The notes beneath the pieces were generated by a model. It worked only from the letters and a program-made list of their open reading frames with translations, searched no databases and was not told the origin of the DNA. From positions 43,762 through 107,761 of the IMG/VR virus record IMGVR_UViG_2574179762_000001: 64,000 bases of DNA; one strand, 5' to 3'. The DNA comes from a virus. Its lineage: Duplodnaviria; Caudoviricetes. Each line of letters opens with the position of its first letter. Position 1 is the stretch's first letter. Positions 1 to 9,035 of this stretch are shown here, piece by piece. The position numbers and the translations under genes are program-made.

Positions 1-1012
1 TCCCGCAGGAGCTGCTGGCGCCACGGGCCTTCCCCTGCGCGCTTGAATACACGAACCTTGAACGACATGAAAAGCTCGCCCTCCTCTACCTTCCAGGCGA
101 CGCTCAGTTCCGCGGCTTTCGCCTTGATCCCCTCGATGCTGTTCCACCACTCGGCGGCGGTCTGCGTCGGCGTAGCTGGGTCAGCCGGCTTGCCGGCCAC
201 AGCCGCCGCGGCTTTGGCGGCCTGCTCGCGCGCCGAGCGAATAATCCCCAGGATGTAGCCGGCGTTCGGCCTCTCGTTGGGCTTCTTCATGCCGAACACC
301 TCGACCGCTTCTGCGATCTCCTGGTCAGACACGGCCAGGCGGACCATCTCGGTGACGTCGGCGTGATTGCTGGTCACCGCCATGCCGTAGGTCTTGCGGA
401 GCAGGATGGCCAACTGCACGGGCCGCGGGTTTTCCTCGCCGGTCGTCTGGTTCAGCGGGTGTGATGTGGCGTGGGCTGCTGCCCCCGCGTTGCCGCTGAG
501 GTTCACATCACCACTAACCTTTGAAGTAGTAGGTGATGGTGATGGTGAAGGGCATTGCTCAGGCACAGCTCCGGGCAGTCCATCGGGCAGTCCATCGGGC
601 ACTGCTTCGGGTTGTGCTTCGAGCATGCTTGGAGCATCGCTTGCGGCATGCCCGGGGGACTTCCTGCCCCACCTCTTTTCTGCTGCTAGTGTGGCTTTTG
701 CTACGGCACTTTCTTTCCGCGTCTGGCTTGCCCGAAGCTCTTCATCGGCGCGCTTCTGGTGCAGCAATCCGTTCTCTTCCTTGAAGAATCGGATCACAGC
801 AGGCTTCGCCCTCTTCCATGCGGCAGCCGTAAGGCGCGTGATCTGCGCGCCAGCGTCGCGTCGTCGTGGGGCGGCGGCCCATTGCGCCAGTAGTCCATGA
901 GCAGCAGCAGGTATGCCCCATGCTGCTCAGTGGTCAGGCGCGTGGTGTCCGCCAGGTAGTCGCCGATGAACAGCGGCATCCAGACGTCCGCCTTGTCTTT
1001 GGCCTTGCTCAC
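1..1012 (-). pseudogene. DUF1376/YdaU-family phage replication protein, frameshifted near 845-850
   Basis: N-terminus [32 protein letters not shown]. Removing 2 nt from GCGCGC restores [38 protein letters not shown], and that frame appears to run off the window start. Confidence 0.8.
551..653. repeat. ~12-bp periodic iteron-like repeats (GGCAGTCCATCG / GGCACTGCTTCG) in the rep gene; putative origin
   Basis: About 9 imperfect copies inside the initiator gene, as with lambda O iterons. Confidence 0.6.
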
Positions 1013-1431
1013 TTCGATACCTCCAGGGGCGGCAGGTACGCCGCCAGCAAGGTTTGCGTCTCACGGGTCAACTCGGCCTCATCAAAGCCATACACGGCAG
1101 CAAAGCGCTTCACGCCCAGACCGTGCACGCCGGTGTTGCCGCGGTGGTGCTCCGGGCAAAGCGGGATGGCGTCTCGGTGCTCGGCGCGCTGGCCCATGCC
1201 GGTACCCTTGCGCGGGTGATGGATCTCCGCCGGCGTGGCGCCCAGGCCCAGCCGACGGCAGCAGGCGCAGCCGAGCGCGGCGACGTGATCAAGGTAGATG
1301 CGCTCCGCCTTCTTCGCGCGCGTCTTCCCCTTCTTCTTGAAGGGGCTGGGAACCAAGCCTGCGGTCTGTCTCAGCCAAATAGTTGAATGCAGTGGCGTTC
1401 TTCGACGAAGTTGGGTGCGACGCTTTAGCAT
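1009..1431 (-). CDS. Ref/DUF968-family HNH-like nuclease
   Basis: GCACC...EIHH...[14 protein letters not shown] motifs. Confidence 0.8.
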   Translation of the reverse strand: MLKRRTQLRRRTPLHSTIWLRQTAGLVPSPFKKKGKTRAKKAERIYLDHVAALGCACCRRLGLGATPAEIHHPRKGTGMGQRAEHRDAIPLCPEHHRGNTGVHGLGVKRFAAVYGFDEAELTRETQTLLAAYLPPLEVSK

Positions 1432-1550
1432 GACGCAACCCAATCCGTCGTCGACAGATTTTGCGCGGGCTTTACCCCCACCGAAGTACGATTGAAAGTG
1501 GAAGCCTTGTATGCCAGCATCGCTAGCTCAACAATTTCGAGAGGACAACA

Positions 1551-1739
1551 ATGGCACGATTCCGCATTGAAACGGTCACCGATCCCGCAACCGGGCTTAT
1601 CTATACCGAGATGTATTACCCCGAAAATGCAGCTACCCCTTCGGCACGCACGAAGCCCATCTATCCTTCGCATGAAGCTGCCGAAGCAGATGCAGTGAAG
1701 ATGTTCCAGGACTGGGCGGAGGGTCTGGATAAGCAGTGA
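1551..1739 (+). CDS. Small antisense-oriented hypothetical protein (moron-like)
   Basis: 62 aa, GAGGA RBS, opposite to the surrounding operon, AT-richer flanks. Confidence 0.6.
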   Translation: MARFRIETVTDPATGLIYTEMYYPENAATPSARTKPIYPSHEAAEADAVKMFQDWAEGLDKQ

Positions 1740-1786
1740 TCTAGAAGTCTGCGTACTACTAGTACCAGTATGTTGGAGGCCAGGAC

Positions 1787-1978
1787 TCATGCGGCCTCCA
1801 GCCGTTTTCGCTCGCGGGTCGACCAGCTTCCCATCTCAGGCACGTTCGCCTGAACCAGTGCGGCCGCCATAGGCGGGCTGACGCTATTGCCGCACATGCG
1901 CACCTGGGCATGCTTCGGCAGGCGCTTGCCGCCGATGATCTCTGGTGCGATGTCGAGCAGGAGTTGGTCGCGGATCAT
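1787..1978 (-). pseudogene. In-frame internally deleted C5 cytosine methyltransferase (63-aa mini-Dcm)
   Basis: MIRDQLLLDIAPE fused to KRLPKHAQVRMCGNSVSPPMAAALVQANVPEM, matching both termini of the Dcm at 55771-57549. Confidence 0.85.
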
Positions 1979-1991
1979 GCTGTCGCCCTCG

Positions 1992-2327
1992 TTACTGCGC
2001 TGCGGCCATAGCCGCCGCAGCACTCGAGGGTTCGTCAGCCAAGCTCAGCAGTTCCTGCCAGGCGCCCGTCGCTTCGCACTTCCGCTCGCCAGAAACCGTC
2101 AGGCGGCCAGCATCAAGCAGACCGCGCGCCACTCGGCAGACGGATCCCATAGGGAGATTGGTTCGGTAGAAGAGATCCCATCGGGTCAGTTTGACGGCCG
2201 GCCCGGTGAAGTGGGACATCACCATGTCGTTCTGGACGACTCGCTTTGCGTTCGTGATTGCATCGTGCGAGGCCGCTTGCGTTTCAGACATGCGGCGGTC
2301 CGAGGGGGTGCTGTAAATTTGTTCCAT
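1992..2327 (-). CDS. Winged-helix phage DNA-binding protein
   Basis: LTRWDL...SVCRVARGLLDAGRL...RKCEATG pattern; early operon. Confidence 0.65.
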   Translation of the reverse strand: MEQIYSTPSDRRMSETQAASHDAITNAKRVVQNDMVMSHFTGPAVKLTRWDLFYRTNLPMGSVCRVARGLLDAGRLTVSGERKCEATGAWQELLSLADEPSSAAAAMAAAQ

Positions 2328-2390
2328 GTTTCTCCCCGGCTTTCCGGTAAATGACTTGGGTACGCGGCGCCTTGTATCGGCGCGCTGTTA

Positions 2391-2783
2391 TCAGGCAGCC
2401 TTCATTGCCTCGATTTGGGATTCCAACTCGCGGATGCGGCGCTGCTCGTTTGTCTCGCGGCTGGTCACGAAACCGCAGACGCTGTCTTCGTACTGGCGGA
2501 TGGCCCAGTTGCCGCAGAGAGCCTGGAACTTGATGCGGAAGTCGAACGGCAGGTACTTCTTCCCGCTCAGGATGTTGGAGAGGTGCGACTTGGGCATGCC
2601 CAGGATTGCTGCCGCATCCGAGATCGAATAGCGAACGCGGCGTTTCGCCCAGCAGAGGACTGTCGCGTCTGCCTCGTGGCGCAGGCGTGCGATCAGAAAG
2701 TCCGCAACCATCTCCGGCTCTCCGACGACTTCGAAAAACGGCATCTCCCGTTGCATCTGTTCGCTCCCTAACAGTTGTTCCAC
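2391..2783 (-). CDS. CII-like HTH regulator
   Basis: HTH AAAILGMPKSHLSNILSG; directly downstream of cro. Confidence 0.7.
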   Translation of the reverse strand: MEQLLGSEQMQREMPFFEVVGEPEMVADFLIARLRHEADATVLCWAKRRVRYSISDAAAILGMPKSHLSNILSGKKYLPFDFRIKFQALCGNWAIRQYEDSVCGFVTSRETNEQRRIRELESQIEAMKAA

Positions 2784-2865
2784 TTGTTCCGCCTAGCGTT
2801 CCACGTACCAAGCGGCGTCAAATGAAGGCGTCACTTCGGACGCCTCTATGAACCGCGAACTGCGC

Positions 2866-3114
2866 TTACTTCCCGTTGCTGCACCTTTTGCTCTTGCAGC
2901 AGTATTCGCGCACGAAGGCCCAATCGACTTTGTCGTTGAGTTCTTCACAGGCGACGGCACCTTCGGTGAGCCGCTCGATTACTGGGCACTGCTCGGCCGA
3001 CACCGGCCGCTTGCCAGAGATCCACTGGTAGACGAGTCCTTGGGAGACCCCAAGTCGCTTTGCGAAGGCGGCCTGGCTGGTCTTCGTGGTTTCGAGATAT
3101 TCGGCGAGCTTCAT
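2866..3114 (-). CDS. cro: Cro/YdaS-family regulator
   Basis: SQAAFAKRLGVSQGLVYQWISGKRPV; divergent from cI. Confidence 0.85.
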   Translation of the reverse strand: MKLAEYLETTKTSQAAFAKRLGVSQGLVYQWISGKRPVSAEQCPVIERLTEGAVACEELNDKVDWAFVREYCCKSKRCSNGK

Positions 3115-3121
3115 GAACCAA

Positions 3122-3189
3122 ATACTAGCATAGCTAGTTAAATCGTCAATAGCTATGCTTGTTGTGCAAACAAATAGCATTGCTACACT
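3122..3189. promoter_or_regulatory. OR region: three TAGC-N3-GCTA operators with divergent PR and PRM promoters
   Basis: Operators at 3126-3136, 3150-3160 (one mismatch) and 3175-3185; TTGACG-16-TAGTAT on the minus strand; TACACT at 3184-3189. Confidence 0.75.
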
Positions 3190-3196
3190 CGCGCGC

Positions 3197-4201
3197 ATGT
3201 CGCGACCAAGCAAAACTCTCGAAGCCTGGCAAGCCGAAGACGCCGCGCGTCTGAAGGCGCTCTATGGCGAGCGCAAGGGCAAGATGAGCCAGGAGGAATT
3301 CGGCAGCCGGTTCGAAATCGGCAGCCAGGGCATGGTCTGGCAGTATCTGAACGCCCGCCGTCCTCTGAATATCAAGGCGGCCACCGGCTTTGCGCGTGGC
3401 CTAGGTGTCGAAGTCGATGCGTTCAGCCTGCGGCTGGCTGAGGAGATCCGCAGGGCCTCTAGTACCGTCACCGACACGGTTCCGACCGTCCCTTCTGGCG
3501 CCGAGGCTGGCGGGAAGCCATCGGATCGATTGCGCATCGTCATGGCGGAGCAGCATCTCGACATTCCCGGGGTGGCGCAGCTCTTGGGCGTTGAATCGGC
3601 CGTCGTGCGTTCATGGCTTGAGCAGGATGCGCCAAAACTGCATCTGCACCACGCAGTCAAGCTGCAAGAGGCCTATGGCTACAGCCCTGCGTGGCTGATC
3701 AATGGCAAAGGGGAAGCGCGGCTATCGAACCTCCAGGAGGCCGAGCTGGACGAGCCCAGCCTGCCCGAGGACACATTCCCAATTCCACAGAGTGTTTTCA
3801 AACGGATTCCGGTTAGGGGCATGGCGCAGTTGGGAGACAACGGACACTTTGTCGATATTGAATATCCAGTCGGGCACGGGGATGGATACCTCTATTTCCC
3901 CACTGCCGACCCTGATGCGTACGGATTGCGCTGCAATGGTGAGTCCATGCGACCGCGGGTCAAGCACGGAGAGTTTGTAGTTGTCGAACCCAATCGCGCC
4001 GTAACCAATGGCGACGAGGTCCTGGTAAAGGCCCAAGACGGCCGTGTCATGGTGAAGGAACTGGCCTACGTCCGCGACGGCGTCGTGCACCTGTCGTCCG
4101 TGAACGAGCGCCACGGCATGCTGCGGATTCCTCAGGAACAGATCGTCCGCCTGCAGTACGTAGCCGGCATCGTGAAGTCCTCGGTCTGGCGGCCGGATTG
4201 A
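3197..4201 (+). CDS. cI: CI repressor: two HTH domains plus S24 autoprotease
   Basis: HTH SQEEFGSRFEIGSQGMVWQYLN; second HTH VAQLLGVESAVVRSWLE...PAWLING; S24 motifs GESMRP and MVKEL. Confidence 0.9.
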   Translation: MSRPSKTLEAWQAEDAARLKALYGERKGKMSQEEFGSRFEIGSQGMVWQYLNARRPLNIKAATGFARGLGVEVDAFSLRLAEEIRRASSTVTDTVPTVPSGAEAGGKPSDRLRIVMAEQHLDIPGVAQLLGVESAVVRSWLEQDAPKLHLHHAVKLQEAYGYSPAWLINGKGEARLSNLQEAELDEPSLPEDTFPIPQSVFKRIPVRGMAQLGDNGHFVDIEYPVGHGDGYLYFPTADPDAYGLRCNGESMRPRVKHGEFVVVEPNRAVTNGDEVLVKAQDGRVMVKELAYVRDGVVHLSSVNERHGMLRIPQEQIVRLQYVAGIVKSSVWRPD

Positions 4202-4276
4202 TCGCCGATACGTGTTGGCGAAGACGAAAGCTTATGCGCCACTCACCCACAGCTCACACAAAAACGCGACCTAAGA

Positions 4277-4897
4277 ATGGAAAGTCCAATAACTTCGTCT
4301 GAACCCGGTATTAGGAAGGCCCTTTCCCACCTCGACTCCATGCTGGTCCCGAACGAGGTCGCGAAATGCTACGCCGTGCAGCGCCGACTCTTCGCACTTC
4401 TCCATCGCCGGGTCATGGTGGCGGCGACCTCGGGGAGGCTGATCGGCATCAGCCGGGGCTTGATCGGCGGATTCACGCCAGTGGACATCCGCTGGCAAGA
4501 CGTCAAAACGGCAAACGTCAAAGCGGGAATCTTTGGCAGCGACATTACGATCACCGCCCTCACCCAGCCTGACTTAGCGAGCGGCGGGACCGTACGCACG
4601 TTCCAATTTACCGGGCTCAGGAAGGCCGACGCGCAGGCGGTATATCGTGCCTGCCAGGCGCAGGAACAAGCATGGCGCGAAAAGCGGCGGCTTCGCGAGT
4701 TGGAAGAGTTGCGAGCCAAGTCGGGCGGCTTCCAGGCATCATCGCCGCGCGACGTGTCGTTCGGGAACGACGAATCCAACTCTGGCAAGGGAGATCTCAC
4801 TTCGCGCCTCAAGCGCGCAAAAGAGATGCTCGATAGCGGTCTGATCAGCGATTCCGAGTACGAGACGATTAAAGCGAAAGTTATCTCGGAAATTTAG
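4277..4897 (+). CDS. Bacterial PH-domain protein with C-terminal SHOCT domain
   Basis: ATSGRLIGISRGLIGGFTPVDIRWQDV (PH-like); LKRAKEMLDSGLISDSEYETIKAKVI (SHOCT). Confidence 0.75.
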   Translation: MESPITSSEPGIRKALSHLDSMLVPNEVAKCYAVQRRLFALLHRRVMVAATSGRLIGISRGLIGGFTPVDIRWQDVKTANVKAGIFGSDITITALTQPDLASGGTVRTFQFTGLRKADAQAVYRACQAQEQAWREKRRLRELEELRAKSGGFQASSPRDVSFGNDESNSGKGDLTSRLKRAKEMLDSGLISDSEYETIKAKVISEI

Positions 4898-4992
4898 CCT
4901 TATGCGCGCACGTCGCCCTCAGTTGGGACCGCAGAAGGTTTGGATGCCGGCCGCCATGGGGCTGCGGGCACATCCCATGGGGAGAAGGACCA

Positions 4993-5289
4993 ATGAACGA
5001 TTCAGCCAAAGAGATGATGCTGTATGACGCCCAAAAGAAGAGCGTCGGCGTCGCCTATGCACTGTGGTTCTTCTTGGGCATGTTTGGGGCCCACCGCTTC
5101 TATGCGGGGTCCAACGCGATTGGCTTCGGCCAAATGGCGCTCAGCATCCTTGGCTTCCTCGTCCCATGGGGCGTCGGCCTCTTCATTTTCGGTGCGGTCA
5201 GCATATGGGTGCTGATTGATGGGGTACTTCTTCCAGGTGTGATTCGAGACTACAACGTGCGACTGGCGAGTAGCCTGGGGAACGCTTGA
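4993..5289 (+). CDS. TM2-domain membrane protein
   Basis: KKSVGVAYALWFFLGMFGAHRFYAG. Confidence 0.85.
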   Translation: MNDSAKEMMLYDAQKKSVGVAYALWFFLGMFGAHRFYAGSNAIGFGQMALSILGFLVPWGVGLFIFGAVSIWVLIDGVLLPGVIRDYNVRLASSLGNA

Positions 5290-5301
5290 GCTTCCGCAGC
5301 T

Positions 5302-5331
5302 GTGAAGCCATCGGCCTGGCGGCCGGATTGA
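5302..5331 (+). repeat. Relic copy of the cI 3' end (27/30 nt identical to 4172-4201)
   Basis: GTGAAGCCATCGGCCTGGCGGCCGGATTGA versus GTGAAGTCCTCGGTCTGGCGGCCGGATTGA. Confidence 0.85.
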
Positions 5332-5422
5332 TATATGGCAGCGCAGTCGTGGCTCGGATCGAGTCGATCATCTAGAAGTGGCTTACATACCAACAACATA
5401 GTCCCATCAAGGGAGAGCACGG

Positions 5423-6328
5423 GTGACCCACGTATTCGGCGGTGAATGGACGGAACAAAAGCTCGTGGCCTTGAAGAAGTATCTGGAGGCCTATCGGAAG
5501 ATTTTCACGATCAATGAAAAAGCCCGGTACTTCCGAACCGTCTATATTGATGCGTTTGCCGGTACCGGCGAGCGCAGCGACAAAGCGCCGGCTTCCGAGA
5601 AGCCAACCCTCTTTGACAACACCGACATAGATGCACCACAGGCCACCGGCCTGCACAAAGGAAGCGCTCGCATTGCACTCGAGCTTGAGTCACCGTTCGA
5701 TCAATACGTCTTCATCGACAAGAATCCCAAGCATACTGCTGGCTTGACGGAAATGATCGAGCATGATTTTCCGAACCTTAGGTCACGGTGCCGCATTCTC
5801 ACAGGCGATGGCGTGGAGATTGTCCGCGAGCAATTGATATATGGACATGACTGGAAGAGAACTCGGGCTGTGTTGTTCATCGACCCCTACGGAATGAACA
5901 TCCACTGGGATCTGATCCAGCGCATCGCTGCCACGCAAGCAATCGATATGTGGCTCCTTTTCCCGCTTGGCCAAGGTATGAATCGGCTACTTAGTCGCGA
6001 TCATCTTCCGAATCCAGGTCATAGCGCGAAGCTCACTGCAGTGCTCGGCACTGACGAATGGAAGACGCGGTTCTACAGTAGCCAAACACAGACGGATCTC
6101 TTTGGCATCGAGTCGGAGAGCAGCTTGAAAACTGCCACATTCGAAAATATGGTGGAGTTCCTAAAAGAACGCCTTTCGAGTGTGTTTGCTGGCGTTGCAT
6201 CCGACGTCATGATGTTGGAGAACTCGAAGGGTAGCCCACTGTATGCCCTTTGCTTTGCAGCCGCGAACAAGGCTGGTGCTAAGACCGCCATTAGAATCGC
6301 TTCCGATCTCCTCCGAACGCGTCTATAG
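5423..6328 (+). CDS. tcmP: Three-Cys-motif partner protein (TcmP-like), SAM methyltransferase fold
   Basis: FGGEWTEQKL..L..YL, YIDAFAGTG, GSARIAL, FIDPYG; adjacent to DUF5131. Confidence 0.85.
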   Translation: MTHVFGGEWTEQKLVALKKYLEAYRKIFTINEKARYFRTVYIDAFAGTGERSDKAPASEKPTLFDNTDIDAPQATGLHKGSARIALELESPFDQYVFIDKNPKHTAGLTEMIEHDFPNLRSRCRILTGDGVEIVREQLIYGHDWKRTRAVLFIDPYGMNIHWDLIQRIAATQAIDMWLLFPLGQGMNRLLSRDHLPNPGHSAKLTAVLGTDEWKTRFYSSQTQTDLFGIESESSLKTATFENMVEFLKERLSSVFAGVASDVMMLENSKGSPLYALCFAAANKAGAKTAIRIASDLLRTRL

Positions 6329-6349
6329 TACTGTACGTTTAAACAGTAC
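6328..6349. promoter_or_regulatory. LexA (SOS) box between tcmP and DUF5131
   Basis: GTACTGTACGTTTAAACAGTAC matches taCTGT-N8-ACAGta; possible TTCCGA-17-TATAGT promoter at 6301-6329. Confidence 0.75.
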
Positions 6350-6357
6350 CTCATACC

Positions 6358-7098
6358 ATGGCCACTACCACCACGATCGAATGGACTGATATGACGTGGA
6401 ACCCGGTCACGGGCTGCATCAAGATCAGTCAAGGCTGCAAGCACTGCTATGCCGAACGGATGGCAAAGCGCCTTCATGCAATGGGTAGCGCGCGATACGA
6501 GAATGGCTTCGCCCCTACACTGCATCACGATCTCATTGATACTCCCCGCCGCTGGAAGAAGCCGCGTGTTGTCTTTGTCAATTCGATGAGCGACCTGTTT
6601 CAGGAAGACGTGCCTCTCGATTTCATCCAAGCCGTCTTCAAGACCATGGTCGAATGCCCACAGCATACCTTTCAGGTCCTGACTAAGCGTGCAGACCGAC
6701 TGGCGCAGGTCGCTGATCAGCTGCCTTGGCCTGCGAACGTGTGGATGGGCGTAAGTGTCGAAGATGATCGGGTAGTGCATCGGATCAAGGACCTTGCGTC
6801 CACGCCTGCCCAAGTCAAATTCCTCTCTTGTGAACCACTGATCGGACCTCTTGAAAAGCTGCCTCTCGCTGGGATCGACTGGGTCATTGTCGGCGGAGAG
6901 TCAGGGAAAGGCGCTCGCCCAATGGAAGAAGCGTGGGTTCAATCGATCCGCCGCCAATGTCGAGCTGCTCGTGTCGCCTTCTTCTTCAAGCAGTGGGGAG
7001 GTGTCCGGAAAGACCGAACGGGTCGCGAGTTGAACGGCAGAACATATGACGAGATGCCAAGAAAGCGCGGATCGTCACTGACCCAGCTAGCCGCGTAG
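6358..7098 (+). CDS. DUF5131 (phage Gp37/Gp68) three-Cys, radical-SAM-like protein
   Basis: [61 protein letters not shown]. Confidence 0.92.
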   Translation: MATTTTIEWTDMTWNPVTGCIKISQGCKHCYAERMAKRLHAMGSARYENGFAPTLHHDLIDTPRRWKKPRVVFVNSMSDLFQEDVPLDFIQAVFKTMVECPQHTFQVLTKRADRLAQVADQLPWPANVWMGVSVEDDRVVHRIKDLASTPAQVKFLSCEPLIGPLEKLPLAGIDWVIVGGESGKGARPMEEAWVQSIRRQCRAARVAFFFKQWGGVRKDRTGRELNGRTYDEMPRKRGSSLTQLAA

Positions 7099-7100
7099 TC

Positions 7101-7171
7101 AAAGCCCGCCACCCGGCGGGCTTTTTGTCGCCCGCACCACACACCTGAGCCGCCCTTGTGGCGGCTTTTTT
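7101..7171 (+). terminator. Two tandem intrinsic terminators closing the cI-cargo region
   Basis: AAAGCCCGCC-ACCC-GGCGGGCTTTTT and GAGCCGCC-CTTGT-GGCGGCTTTTTT. Confidence 0.8.
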
Positions 7172-7191
7172 ACGCACGTTGCTATCAACAC

Positions 7192-7266
7192 TAGCGAAGC
7201 TATTAAAACAATAAATGCAAAACAACTAGCGTAGCTATTGAATTAACAGACTAGCGTTGCTAGTAT
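7192..7266 (+). promoter_or_regulatory. OL/PL: three TAGC-N3-GCTA operators and a TTGAAT-17-TAGTAT promoter
   Basis: Operators at 7192-7202, 7227-7237 and 7252-7262, same motif as OR. Confidence 0.8.
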
Positions 7267-7820
7267 TTCTCCATCAGCTCACCGATGGAGTCACAGATGT
7301 CCCGTCCCACCTAAGCCAGGATCTTCCGCCGCCAGCCGGCGCGCGCTGACCAGTCGCACACCGTCGTGCACGCCGCCGACCTGTTGGATGCTTGAGATGG
7401 ACCGCAGATGCCAGCCAAGGAATCAGCGGCGCAGGTCCCGGTAGGCGTCCATGAACTCGAAGAAGTACTTGGACGCTGCAAGCAGGAAGGCGAGGAATTT
7501 GTTGATAGCAACCAGCACGGCGTTCTCTGCTGGCAACGGACGAGTGAGAGCAATGACCACAAGCACCAACGAAACGAACCAAGACAGCGTCTTGATGAAG
7601 GCGGCCAAGTGGAAGCAGCGCCGTCTGACTGCGGCCTGGGTTGCTGCGCTGATTAACGCCGGGATCTTCGTTGCTTGCCAGAACCGGGCAATCCCCTCCT
7701 GGATCTTGGTCTTGATGGTCTTCATCAACGCCGCCCTCTGCTTGTCTGTGTTGTTCGATCTGCGCAGCAAAGCATAAACCAACCGCAATACACAACACAC
7801 CACCCGGTGCGTGTCACAAG

Positions 7821-8039
7821 ATGGAGAGCGACATGGTTTCAGCGGTCAGGGAGCGCCACCGCTCCAAGGGCTCGGGCGGCATCCACATCCTCCGTGGCAA
7901 GGACCTGAAAGCCGTTGAGCAGCGGGCCCGCGCCATCGTCAGCGCGATAGATGCCATGCGCAGCCCCTCCATGGGCCTGCCGCGCATGGACACCGCCAGC
8001 GGCGATCACATCGTCGAAGTCCGGTACTACGGTCTTTGA
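7821..8039 (+). CDS. Hypothetical early phage protein
   Basis: ORF in the PL operon. Confidence 0.55.
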   Translation: MESDMVSAVRERHRSKGSGGIHILRGKDLKAVEQRARAIVSAIDAMRSPSMGLPRMDTASGDHIVEVRYYGL

Positions 8040-8050
8040 GGGGGAACGTT

Positions 8051-8332
8051 ATGGCTACCACCGTCACGATCACCCACAACGGCACCTCCCTGCTGGTGTC
8101 CGGCAGCTACTGCCGCGGCTATGACGCCACGCTCGAGCAGCCTGGCGAGCCCGACGCCTTCTACGTGGACACCGTCACCGACAGCGACGTCGATGTCACG
8201 CACCTGCACGACCTGAAAGAGATCGCCGGCCTGGCGCTGGAAGCGCATCTGGACAACGAGGCGGCAGAGGCCTGCGAGGCGGCTGACCGTCAGCGAGAAG
8301 AGCGTCGCTTTGCCTTCGGGGTGGCGGTATGA
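8051..8332 (+). CDS. Hypothetical acidic phage protein
   Basis: RBS GAGGGGG; stop overlaps the next start. Confidence 0.65.
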   Translation: MATTVTITHNGTSLLVSGSYCRGYDATLEQPGEPDAFYVDTVTDSDVDVTHLHDLKEIAGLALEAHLDNEAAEACEAADRQREERRFAFGVAV

Positions 8333-8684
8333 AGCCAACAATCACAAAGGGGCCCTGGCGCGTCGAGCCATTCATCGTCGACGGCAAAACCGTCTCCATT
8401 CAAGTGCGCGGCCCCGCCAGGGACGATAACGCGCGCGGCCTCATCCTGCCCCAGACCTCGTATGCATCCGACGAGCAGCAGCGGATTTGCTATGTCGAAT
8501 CCGAGGCTCAAGCGCTGGTGAATGCGCGGGCAATGGCTGCGGTCCTGACCTACTTGCTGTCGCCATCGAGGTGGATCGCCTGCTGACCAAACAGAAGTGG
8601 ATCGTCGACGGGTTGGACCCAGAGAGCCGGCTACTTGCTGCTGCACGAGCCGCCATCGCCCAAACCACCGGAGAGCAGCAATGA
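8329..8684 (+). pseudogene. Phage 'NARLIAAAPDLL'-type protein with a 1-bp frameshift near 8542
   Basis: TKGPW...NARAMAA in one frame; PDLL...ARAAIAQTTGE continues in another. Confidence 0.65.
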
Positions 8685-8917
8685 CCGCAGAACAAGCGGC
8701 AATGCGCCAGGCCATGCGCGAAAACTTGCAGCGCGAACTGTTGCGCGAGCTCCAGCTGGCGCACCGGATCATCGTCAACGCCCTGGCAGTCATGACCCCC
8801 GCGCAGAAATCGGAGTGGGCCGCCAGAAACATCCTGAGCGGCAATGACAGCGAAGGCACCACCCGCGCCCACGAGCGCGCGGCAGTCATCGCCAAAGCCA
8901 TTGGGAGCGCAACGTGA
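8681..8917 (+). CDS. Hypothetical protein, homolog of 52019-52252
   Basis: ELLRELQ.AHRII.N...EG.TRAHER.AVI shared by both. Confidence 0.75.
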   Translation: MTAEQAAMRQAMRENLQRELLRELQLAHRIIVNALAVMTPAQKSEWAARNILSGNDSEGTTRAHERAAVIAKAIGSAT

Positions 8918-9035
8918 CACAAGACAAGCTGCGCGAAGCCCAGACCCGAAGCCGCGCCCTCCTCTATTACGTGCTCGGCTTGTTCGCGGTCGTCGCCGCA
9001 GCGCACGAAATCACTCTCTATCTCGGAGGCTGAAC

